Of a DNA stretch of 64,000 nt, positions 39,321-48,900 are shown one piece after another (position 1 is the stretch's first letter; the number at the start of each line of letters is the position of its first letter). Where the stretch lies: assembly GCA_965223425.1 (NCBI GenBank), contig OZ245003.1, positions 2,144,001 through 2,208,000 on the forward strand, in the 5' to 3' direction. The notes beneath the pieces are model-generated. The model was not told the DNA's origin. It worked only from the letters and a program-made list of their open reading frames with translations, and did no database searches. This DNA is from Nitrosopumilus sp. GTDB taxonomy: Archaea > Thermoproteota > Nitrososphaeria > Nitrososphaerales > Nitrosopumilaceae. The position numbers and the translations under genes were made by a program.

Positions 39321-40437
39321 CGTCATCGGTGTGGGTTCTGGGGAAGATAAGGGACGCATGTTCTGACAGGCACATCATGGAGAAGAGGTGCCGGGAGATG
39401 GTGCGCAAGACCGTACTGTGCGCAACACAGGCAGGCCTCCTGCGCAGAACCCCGCATGTCATGGCAATTGACACGCACAACATACCGCGGTACGACAGGA
39501 GCTCCGATACCAGAGAAAAACAGCTGGTGCGCTCAAAACACAGGAATGGAACCACCAGGTTTGAGGGATACGCCACGATGCAGTGCGTGGACAGGCCCAA
39601 CCTTGATGTGGCATGCAGGCCCCTCAAAAAGGGGTACAAACCTGCCTGTATCGTGCGTGATCTGCTGCAGGACTGCGCCGATGTGGGGGTTCGGTGCAAA
39701 CTGCTGCTGCTGCTTGACCGCGGATTCTTTTCAAGCGATGTCACAAGGGAGATCCGGCAGGCAGATCACAGATTCATCATGCCGGCATCAAAAACTTTTG
39801 CAATAAAAAGGGCAATACTGGATCACCACGACGGCAAGAGGGATGCAGTCTCCACGCACACGCTTATGACACGCAAGCACAAGCAGGGCCAGTCGTTTCG
39901 GCTGGTCATTGTGGCAAAAAAGAAGGGAGATAGGGGGGGGATGGGATTCGGAGAACACACCGGACAGATATTTGGCGTATGCCACCAACCTTGACTGCCG
40001 TAACCCGCTCTTTGAGACAGAAGGAATTCCAGAGGAGTACAAAAAGAGGCGGGGCATAGAAACGGGGTACCGGGACGCAGAGAGATCAAGGCCCAAAACC
40101 ACCAGCCAGAACGCAGTCATCAGAATATTTCTGTTCTTTATGGCACTTGTAATGTATAATTTGTGGGTAATATCGGCTGCAAGATCCAGGAGATGCAATG
40201 GAGGGCGGCGTGATGTTGCCGTTATTCCTCTGCTGATAATGTTCGAGCTGATGGAAAAATTTTCTGCTGATGTGATTCCTGGCAGGGGGATTTGGCCAGA
40301 ACAGCCGTCTGCCGGCTAGTACATTTTCATCTACTGATGAAATACACGATAATCAAAGCCACTTTTCACATTTTTAACAACATAGTAAAATCATTCATCA
40401 GATTAAAATAATTAGTTTAACAAGTTTCTAAACATCA

Positions 40438-41082
40438 TTGGAATTTTTATTAGAAAATATACTTAATCTGATAGGATTTTTGGTAGGACTTGCAATAGGA
40501 ATAATGTCAATTGTTGGATTTCGAAATACTGGCAGTCCTACATTATTTAGACTAACAATTGCATTTTTTTCAATCAGTTTAGGATTTTTTGTTATATGGG
40601 CAGGATATATGGCAGAAGATTTTGTTTTAAAGTCAGGAAACATAGAGAGGTGGGTTCAAACTTTAGGAATCGGAATTCAAACAGTCGGATATTTTTTCAT
40701 TGCATTCTCACACAGCATAAAATCATTTTTTCCAAAATCAAGATATTTTAGATCAATTGGAATTTTTCCATTATTCCTAGTGTCCTCTGTTCAGTTAGAA
40801 CATATCTTTAGATCAGTTTCATTTGTTTTGTTAACGTATGGTGCTATTGAGACAATGTTATCTTATTTTGAAAATAAAAACAGAGGTGCAATTTCAGTAG
40901 CTTTTGGATTAGGACTGTTAGCATTTGGGGAATTTTTAGGATGGTACTCATTTTTATTTCCAGAATCAATCCTCTATTCTGCATCAATGACAATCAAAAT
41001 TGGGGGATTGATTGCATTATTCATTCCTGTAAGCAAAGTGCCACTAACTAAGATAAAATTTGATGAAGATGGATTAGAATAA
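40438..41082 (+). CDS. Multi-pass membrane protein
   Basis: About 7 hydrophobic segments. Confidence 0.8.
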   Translation: MEFLLENILNLIGFLVGLAIGIMSIVGFRNTGSPTLFRLTIAFFSISLGFFVIWAGYMAEDFVLKSGNIERWVQTLGIGIQTVGYFFIAFSHSIKSFFPKSRYFRSIGIFPLFLVSSVQLEHIFRSVSFVLLTYGAIETMLSYFENKNRGAISVAFGLGLLAFGEFLGWYSFLFPESILYSASMTIKIGGLIALFIPVSKVPLTKIKFDEDGLE

Positions 41083-41203
41083 TTTCAACGTAGGCTCAAA
41101 ATTTAGAGTGGGTAAAAAGTTGTCAATTTCTTTTATCTTTTTAGTATATTGGAAAATATCACTGCCCTATCATAGAAATTAGAAGAATAACCAAATAGAG
41201 AAA

Positions 41204-41491
41204 ATGGCAGAATATAGAACTCATATGAAAATTATTGGCGACATTCTAGCAACAACTCGAGACGATCTACAAGATGCAGATGGGGCATCAGTTACTTATC
41301 TAATCAGAAAGGCAAACATTTCTCATTCCAGAATTTCGAGAATTTTGAAAACACTAGTGTCACAAGGACTATTAGAACAAGTAGACACTCAAGGTTCAAA
41401 CAAATACAGAATTAGTCAATCGGGTAGAGAATTTCTTCAGGCATATTATACATTTACAAATTTTGCAGATAACTTTGGACTAAGTATCTAG
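41204..41491 (+). CDS. Winged-helix DNA-binding protein
   Basis: YRT.MKIIGDIL...LIRKANISHSR...GREFL; paralogue of 59876-60157. Confidence 0.85.
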   Translation: MAEYRTHMKIIGDILATTRDDLQDADGASVTYLIRKANISHSRISRILKTLVSQGLLEQVDTQGSNKYRISQSGREFLQAYYTFTNFADNFGLSI

Positions 41492-41568
41492 TCATCAGTT
41501 TCTTCAAATTCATCATCAAAATCATCTTCAAAATCTCTATTTTCATAATCAGAAGATGATTCAAACAT
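41488..41568 (-). CDS. 26-aa acidic micro-protein
   Basis: MFESSSDYENRDFEDDFDDEFEETDD; TTTAATAA about 25 bp upstream. Confidence 0.5.
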   Translation of the reverse strand: MFESSSDYENRDFEDDFDDEFEETDD

Positions 41569-41726
41569 GCTTTACAAATGAAAATTCATCATTATTAAAA
41601 ACTTGTTCAAAAGTAAAGTATGAGGTCACCTCCCCTACACTATCTTTGAGACATCATCTGCCAGTGGTTTCGGGGTTGTCGCCAAATTCACATCAAGCTG
41701 CCACCACCTGAATATTTCGCCTTGCG

Positions 41727-43406
41727 GTAACAATTCGGATTTCTGGAGTGAATTTTGGGGTGCCGAAAGAGATAAAGATCACGGCTAGAACACACATGTG
41801 ATGCCGGCGGAGTTTGATCCTACCCGCGTAGACTGGGACAACCAAGACACAAACTATCTCTTTAAGCATTTCAAATCAGTGTTTGATCAGGAGAGAAGAG
41901 AGAGAAAGTCGTTGGAAGAAAAAGTCAAGCAGCAAAATGATACAATCAAGCAGCAAAATGACACAATCAGGCAGCTGGAAGAAGAGAACAGGCAGCTAAG
42001 GACAGGATCCGCAACCCAAAAGCCGGCCAGGAAGGCAAGAAGCTACAATGTGAGAAAATTCAAGGAATATCCGCGGCCAAAAAGCGACAAAAATACCGGG
42101 ATGCGCGGCAGGGAACAGAAGACTGACATCCCAGTCACAGATCACAGGGACGCAGACATTTCATATTGTCCCGGATGCGGTCTCAGACTTGCAGACAGCA
42201 GTACCGATTACGACCGTGACATAACAGACATACAGGACGGCAGGGCGCGCCGCATCAGATGGAGCGTGGCGCGCCGCTACTGCAGGAACTGTAAAACGTC
42301 ACACTCCGCACGCATACCCGGCACCCTGTCCGGCTCTCAGTATGGAATCACGATAATCTCCCAGGTAGTGCTGATGCGTTGCATGGGCATACCGTTTGAA
42401 AGGATAACTGACCTATTTGACATGATATACGGGATACAAATCCCGGGTTCAACGCTGGTCTCCATGTGCGAAAAGGCGGCATGCCAGATGAGGCCCGTCT
42501 ACGACGGACTGCTTGCAGGGATGATTCACAGGGCTCGCGCCATATACGGGGACGAGACCGGATGGTTTCTCAACGGACTGCATTACTGGGTATGGGTTCT
42601 AGTCTCCACGCACGGCGTGATATACCACATATCATCGACGCGCAGCAAGCAGGTGGCAGAGGCACTGGCAGGTGAGTTTGACGGAATTGTAATATCGGAC
42701 TCGTATCTGGCATGGAGTGGAGTAGGCCTGCTACACCAAAAGTGCCTGCTGCACTATTTCAGGGACATGTACAAGACCCTGGAGGAGAGCTGCAGTAACG
42801 AGTTTGCCACATTCTTCAAGAGACTGCACGGCATACTCAAGGATGCCATAGACGCACGGGAAAAGTACGACAGTAATGCGGTTCCAGCAGACGTCACACA
42901 AAGGCTGCAGGACAGGATAGACGCGCTGGCACGGCAGTCATACGACGATGCGGACTGCCGGAGGTACGCAAAAAGGCTCAAAAGGGAGGGGGATCAGCTG
43001 CTGACGTTTCTAGAGCACGGCGTGGAATACCACAACAACAAAAGCGAGAGGGCCCTGAGGATGTTTGCCACCATGCGCAAGGTCAGCTACGGCAGCAGAT
43101 CCGAGAAGGGCATGTACATCACAGAGACGCTGGCAAGCATATACGCCACATGCAGGATGCGCGGTGCAAACCCGTACAGTTTTATCCTGGAATGCCTTGA
43201 CGGCCGCAGAACCGACGGGATTCCCATGGCTTGTCCGGACAAAGCTGCGGCAGTAAAGTGTGTCTGTGCCTAAAACGCCGCAACATCGCGCACACATGTA
43301 TGGGGCTGAGCGGCGTTTTTGCCGATTTTGAACTGTCACTATATAACGGGGCGTGATTTGTCTGTCAAAATAAATCCCCCACAACTCCACAAATCCGAAT
43401 AGTTAC
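41727..43406 (+). mobile_element. IS66-family IS (single-ORF, ISBst12-like)
   Basis: TIR GTAAC(A/T)ATTCGGATTT(C/G)TGGAGT; 8-bp TSD GCCTTGCG (41719-41726, 43407-43414). Confidence 0.95.
41798..43273 (+). CDS. IS66 transposase
   Basis: Coiled coil, CPGCG/CRNC zinc finger, GDETGW, ISDSY, QKCLLH, NNKSERALR. Confidence 0.95.
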   Translation: MMPAEFDPTRVDWDNQDTNYLFKHFKSVFDQERRERKSLEEKVKQQNDTIKQQNDTIRQLEEENRQLRTGSATQKPARKARSYNVRKFKEYPRPKSDKNTGMRGREQKTDIPVTDHRDADISYCPGCGLRLADSSTDYDRDITDIQDGRARRIRWSVARRYCRNCKTSHSARIPGTLSGSQYGITIISQVVLMRCMGIPFERITDLFDMIYGIQIPGSTLVSMCEKAACQMRPVYDGLLAGMIHRARAIYGDETGWFLNGLHYWVWVLVSTHGVIYHISSTRSKQVAEALAGEFDGIVISDSYLAWSGVGLLHQKCLLHYFRDMYKTLEESCSNEFATFFKRLHGILKDAIDAREKYDSNAVPADVTQRLQDRIDALARQSYDDADCRRYAKRLKREGDQLLTFLEHGVEYHNNKSERALRMFATMRKVSYGSRSEKGMYITETLASIYATCRMRGANPYSFILECLDGRRTDGIPMACPDKAAAVKCVCA

Positions 43407-44233
43407 GCCTTGCGGCGCACTCTAGACGGTTTAGCACCTCAAGGTTCCATCCTATTGTCTTGCACAGTCCAAACCGCCTTCTTGTGGATGTCTTTCTGAA
43501 CCTGCACAGCAGCCGGTGGCCCTCTGTCTCCTCTGCTCCAAATATTCCCTCTATCATGCCTCGTTTTTTGTAGATCTCCCCGTCAAACAGCCCTGCGGCC
43601 TTTTTCCTGAACTTTTTTGTTCTGTTCACGGCATTGCCCCTCTGCTTTATGTTCGGGGTCATGCCGGCACCAAAGACAAGCCTGCAGTTCCTATCAGAAT
43701 CATACCCCCTGTCTGCGTTGAACCTGCCTGCAAAGGCAATGCCTGTCTTTTTGATCTTCTTTAGCAGCGAGGCAAAGACTGTAGTGTCTGCCATCCTGTT
43801 GGATGTGATGCGGCAGGAGAGTATGACCTGCAGGCCCAGTACCGAGGCCACGTGCCATTTCAGGTATTTCTTTTGACGCTTTGCCTCCGGTTTGTGCCTG
43901 TTTCTGGCCTTTTTTTGCACCCTTTCATACCTGTCAGTGGCAACGCCGCTGCTGTCTGATGCCAGCGTGAGATCAGAGGCATCAAATCCTGCAAGGCACG
44001 ATGCTGCCGTGACGGCAATCATGTCCTCAAGCCACGCAACAGGAATCTTTTGCATGAACCTGGCAATGGTGCTGTGATCCGGCAGGGGTTCGTTCCACGG
44101 CATCCTCAGCAGGGCTGCAAGATTCTCCATGTCCCTGAATGTAAAGTCAAGGCACACCGTGAGTATGCAGAGAAATGCAAGCTTGTTTTTGTCATGTACC
44201 GGTTTGCGCCCCGCACCAGACCTTCTGGCATGT

Positions 44234-45602
44234 CAGTAGTTCCCAGATGTAGATTTACCGCAACCGCAACTGGCATCGGTTCTACTTGCCTCGATCATTG
44301 ACAAACAACTCGTTTCTGCTTGTAATGTACACGATAAACAACGCCATGGTGAGTTTTTTTCCCGCAGAAGACACTCTTCCATGCCTCTTTCCCGCATCAA
44401 GGCAGAACCTGGCAATCCTCCACAGGTTGTACAGCAGCAGCGGCAGGTAAAACATCAGCAGCCTCACAGACAGGGAGTTGCTGCATGTCCTGCCCATGAT
44501 CTCCTTTATGACGCGAAACCCCGTCTCGATGCCCCATCTCTTGCGGTACTGCTCCGGTATGATGCCTGTCATGGCTCTGGCGCTCCTGATGGGAATGTTT
44601 GTTGCAAACGCAATGTATTGCTCCTCCCCCTCCTCTTCCCCCTCCTTTTTCTTCTTCTTCTTCCTGTCTCTTTTGACAATTACAAGGTTGTAGGTCACAG
44701 TTACGCCGTCTTTGTTGGTCATTGACTGCTGCGATACCTGGCTTGCCTTTCCGTCCTTGTACATCTTGACTATCCTCTTGATCTTGGAGTTCATGATGAC
44801 AGGCATGATGTAGCGGCACCCGCCCTTTCCTGCCTCTGTCATGCAGTCAACGTTGTAAAAGGCGCGGTCGTACAGGAACACAGTCTTTGAGTGTGCGCCC
44901 CCTCTGAGGATTTTCGTGCGTGTTTTGGCTATAAAATCGGCCAGTTTTTCCTTTGCCGGCAGCAGCTGCGATTCCAGGACAATCTGCGAGGAGTCCCTGC
45001 CGACTCCGTGCACTGCGACATACGAGAGAAACGTGGATGTTCCTGCCCTTGGACGCGACTTTCTTGTATGCTCCTGCAGCTGCTCCCCATGGTATGGTAT
45101 GTCCGTAACGTCTATTGCAATGGCGTCGATGTCCTGCAGCATTCCTGCACGGCAGGCGTGCCGCACCGTGCGTGCTAATGTCTTTGCACACCAGGCCTGC
45201 ACGTCTGCCGGTTTGACGCCACGGACTGCAGACATGACCAGGTCTGCATCAGGCGTACGTGCACCCGTGTCTTGAAGCCTGTTGTGCCGTACGAGGGATT
45301 CTACAAACGTGTTTCTCTCAGACGCCTTGATTAGCACGTCCAGTATGTCATTGCATCCGTATACGGCGTTGTGCCTCTCAGACATTGGCATGCCAAGCTT
45401 TTGAAACGACGAGCGCAAGATTTTAAACCGGTTTGATGTTATATTGTACTGGCGTGCGATCAGTTCGTCATGTAATTCGACTTTCATGACATATTGCACG
45501 CCGTAGCCTAATCTGGATCTTTGCATTGCAGTTATGCGGTAACGCACCGGCATCTGGGCATAAACCTACATCTGGGCACAAATCTACATCTGGGAACTAC
45601 TG
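44234..45602 (-). mobile_element. ISH3-family IS, apparently intact
   Basis: 23-bp TIR CAGTAGTTCCCAGATGTAGATTT; 4-bp TSD ATGT (44230-44233, 45603-45606). Confidence 0.95.
44282..45553 (-). CDS. ISH3-family transposase
   Basis: IAIDVTDIPYHG, YDRAFY, YRKRWGIETGFR, YNLW; start uncertain. Confidence 0.9.
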   Translation of the reverse strand: MPVRYRITAMQRSRLGYGVQYVMKVELHDELIARQYNITSNRFKILRSSFQKLGMPMSERHNAVYGCNDILDVLIKASERNTFVESLVRHNRLQDTGARTPDADLVMSAVRGVKPADVQAWCAKTLARTVRHACRAGMLQDIDAIAIDVTDIPYHGEQLQEHTRKSRPRAGTSTFLSYVAVHGVGRDSSQIVLESQLLPAKEKLADFIAKTRTKILRGGAHSKTVFLYDRAFYNVDCMTEAGKGGCRYIMPVIMNSKIKRIVKMYKDGKASQVSQQSMTNKDGVTVTYNLVIVKRDRKKKKKKEGEEEGEEQYIAFATNIPIRSARAMTGIIPEQYRKRWGIETGFRVIKEIMGRTCSNSLSVRLLMFYLPLLLYNLWRIARFCLDAGKRHGRVSSAGKKLTMALFIVYITSRNELFVNDRGK

Positions 45603-45954
45603 ATGTACGGGACACGGATTTTTCACAATCAAAGAAACTATATGGGACGTGAGAAAATCCAGTTCTTGGGTGTGGGCATCGTGATAGTACTTCCAGTACT
45701 GATCACGTCTCTTATGACAATTCATTAGAGAACTCACATCCTCCCTGATCAATATGCGTGAAAAATCACAAAATTAGATCATTTGGTCGAATTTGGCGAC
45801 AACCCCAGTGGTTTCTATGATTATCTGAACTTACTGAAATTTGCTACAGATGCCACCGTTTCAGCCTGCCTGTGCCAAAAAGATGATCAGATTCACGGCG
45901 GGCAGGTCTTTCCTGCCTGTTGTCTGCGCCGTGCACGCCAGCATTGCCGGACGG

Positions 45955-48900
45955 CTATTGCGTCTGGTATATGTCGCCGTACTCCGCATCGCGCAGCTGC
46001 TCCATGAGCGCCGTGTGCCCTGCCATCTTTGCGGCAAACGCGTCGCACAGCCTGTTGTTGACGTCAGTGCAGGCAGTGCCGGTGCTGTGTGCGGGGCCCT
46101 CAAGGTAGTGCCACGTGCCGTACGAGTTTTTCGTCCAGGTGTAACCTAACTGGTCAGTCCACACGTCATTTATCTTGTCTGTCCGCACCAGCTCGTGGGT
46201 TATGATATCAGACTGGGAGGAGTACTTTGTCTGTAGCAGGATGACCATTGGCGGGTTAAGCGACTCCCCTGATATTGCCAGCCCGTCGTTCATGTAGTGG
46301 TTTGTGACGCGGCGCTTGGAGTCCACTGCCTGGATCATGAATGGCTCGTCGTATGTCTGCTCCAGGAACAGGACGCCAGATATCAGGACGGAGATGCAGT
46401 CGTAGTCGTTGTTGCTGTTGTTGTTGTTCTCCTCTCCTTTTGTGGCCGTCGTCGCTGCTGCTCCCGGCTTGACATCGGACATGCACGCCGCAGAATCAAC
46501 AGAGGCTGTGATGCCTGACGCGTCTATTACGGAGCTTGTGCTTCCGCGGCGGACATCATGCGATATTCCTGCCACCTCGTAGGTGGAGTCTGTGGTGTAG
46601 TTGCGTCCCAGATGGACGGTTATGGAGGCCTCTGCGTCAGAGAACGGGGATCCCACTGAGGGCACGCCAAAGCCTACTGCCACCCTGTCAAGGCCCTTTT
46701 CTGCGTATGCCTTTAGCGCAAAGTCGTGCGTGGAGCCGGTCCGTATCTCTGCGCGCTGATAGTCGACGTGGTATGCCAGCACGTCGTGGCACGACCCGTC
46801 CATGGAGTAGCCGCAGGAGACCAGCTTCTGGTTGGTGCTCCAAGAGTTTCCAAAGGTTGGGCGGGTCTTGTGCTCGTTGTCGTCATCGCTGGTGGTGTCA
46901 GGCGCAGAAAGGTTCAGGACAACCCGGAGGTATACGGTGTTGTTGTCTGAGTCAGTACACGAGTATAGGATGGACTGACTGTCTTCTGTGGTTGGATCAT
47001 ACAGGTTCTCATTCTCACTCACGGGCGTAATGTCGCCGTCCTCCGGGTCAGAGCACGTCACGCCCAGATCGGCAAGATCAAAGCCGGTATCGCGGTCCAG
47101 CGTGATGCTGTCAGGCCCGCTTGAGTCGGGGTTTACCGTATACGAGATGACGGGAGGCTCGTTGGGTGGAGGTGGCGTGGTGCCGTCCGGTGGCTGGTTT
47201 GTGTCAGTTATGGTCATGTTGTGCTGTGCAGAGCCTGTGGCGCCGTAGTCGTCAGTTACCTTCAGCGTGATGAGCAGAGAAGTGTCTTCTGCGACCTGGG
47301 GCGCCGTAAATGATGCAGTTTCCTGGTTGCCGCCGGTGATGGTTACTGCCGGGTTGCCGGCAGTCCAGTTGTATGATTGTATGGTGCCGTCAGTGTCAGC
47401 AGAGCCGGTCCCGTCAAGGGTTACCTGCGTTCCCTCTGCTGCCCGGGAAGGCGCGCTGATTGACGCAGTGGGGGGAACGTTGCCGTCCGGTGGTGGTGGT
47501 GGTGGCATTATCGCAGGTTCCGTAACAGTTACGGTCCTGGTTACCGGATCCGGGCTGTTGTACCCGTCTGAGCAGGCATACACCACATCGTACTGGCCTG
47601 CTGCATCCGTGTTCACCGCATCAAGGCCGCTGACTGTGACGGTAATGGGACGGCCAGAGTCAGTGCAGGTTGCCCCGTCATCTGTGTATGTGTCGCCCAC
47701 TGTCAGCGATACGGATGACAAGCCGTTAAGGGAAAGCACGGGTGTCACGGTATCCTCCACATGGACTGCTCTGGTCACGTTTTGCGCGGCAAGCCCGTGT
47801 TGGTCTGTACACGAGTAGGTGTACAAGTACGGAGCTAACGGGATCGTGTCTGTATCCACATTGGAGGAGTTGGTAAGCGTCACGTCATCGCCGTCAGGAT
47901 CGGCGCAGGCTGCCCCGGCATCTGTATACGTGACGTACCTTTCTGCAGTTGCAGGATCCTCGCCGTTTAGGGTGATTGTTGGGGGCCGGTTTACGTCATT
48001 TATGGTCATGGTGTGGTTTGCAGAGCCGGTAGCGCCGTCATCATCAGTTACCACCAGCTTGATGGCCAGCGTGGTGTCCTCTGTGACCGGGGGTGCCGTA
48101 AATGATGCTTCTGCCTTGTCAGCATCAGTTATTGTGATGGACGTGTTGTTGGCAGTCCACGCGTAGAGTGATATGGTGCCGTCATTATCTGTCGAGCCGG
48201 TTCCGTTAAGTGATACCGTTGCTCCCTCTGCTGCCCGGACAGGCGCGCTGATTCTCGCAGTCGGTGGGACGTTGACGTCCGGTAGCGTTGGCGTGACTGT
48301 TGAGGGCTGGTTTATTTCTGTGATCTGTAGGTCAACGGCCTCTGCTATCTTGTTGCCAGAAGCGTCGGCGACTGCGCCATGCCCTATGTCAAGCTGCGGC
48401 GGCGCGGGCGAGAGCTCCGAGTATGCCGTCTTTTGCGCGGAGTCTAGGGTGGCCGTGACGGTTTTACCCACGGTGGATCTTGTGGTTATATCAGAGAATG
48501 TTATGCCCGCCGTGTCTGAGCCTGTTGCGCGGATGTGGATCTTCGTGTAGTTAGTCTCAGTTGCAACCAGTTCCTCGCTGAATGTCATCGTTATGACGCC
48601 CGAGTCTTTGTTGTACGTGGCCGAAGAGAACAGAAGCGCCGCACTGTCAGACGTTGCATTGATGCTGTAGGACGGGCCTATGTTGTACTCGCTCACACGG
48701 TCGCGCAGACTGTCCATCATGAACATCTTGGTGCCGTCAGGCGAGAAGGCGATGTCTTCCGGCACGTTGTCCTGGTTTCGGACCCGGGTGGACTTGTCGC
48801 TGTAGGAGGCAGTGGTGATATCAAAGGCTGTGGAGAGCGCGTACTGGCGCACGGCGCCGAACTCATCGCCCAGCATGAACATCTTGGTGCCGTCAGGCGA

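Larger units (their letters stand above)
37941..40319 (+). pseudogene. ISH3-family transposase, split by IS630 and by a frameshift near the G-run at about 39935
   Basis: Pieces 37941-38189, 39323-~39940, ~39940-40319; MAIDTH, LDRGFF, YKKRRGIETGYR, YNLW; homologous to 44282-45553. Confidence 0.88.
37852..40336 (+). mobile_element. ISH3-family IS, interrupted by IS630
   Basis: Perfect 19-bp TIR CAGTAGATGAAAATGTACT; no TSD. Confidence 0.9.
37656..40373. mobile_element. Outer remnant element hosting the ISH3/IS630 nest
   Basis: 13-bp direct repeat TTAACAACATAGT at 37643-37655 and 40374-40386; imperfect IR (AAAAGTG..TGATTAT) at both ends. Confidence 0.65.
41693..45725 (-). pseudogene. IS5-family transposase interrupted twice
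   Basis: Segments 45725-45603, 44229-43407 and 41718-41693 join in frame to 323 aa; DSSG, ADRGYDS, YKKRGMIE. Confidence 0.9.
41672..45806 (-). mobile_element. IS5-family IS (about 1.07 kb when reconstructed) with two nested ISs
   Basis: 18-bp TIR GGGGTTGTCGCCAAATTC; 9-bp TSD AGTGGTTTC (41663-41671, 45807-45815). Confidence 0.93.

Noticed and set aside
45891-45918. TTCACGGCGGGCAGGT as a degenerate inner TIR of a left-hand MITE-C
   Set aside because: Terminal GACCTCATAC is absent; equally explained by the hairpin GGCAGG-tcttt-CCTGCC downstream of the gene
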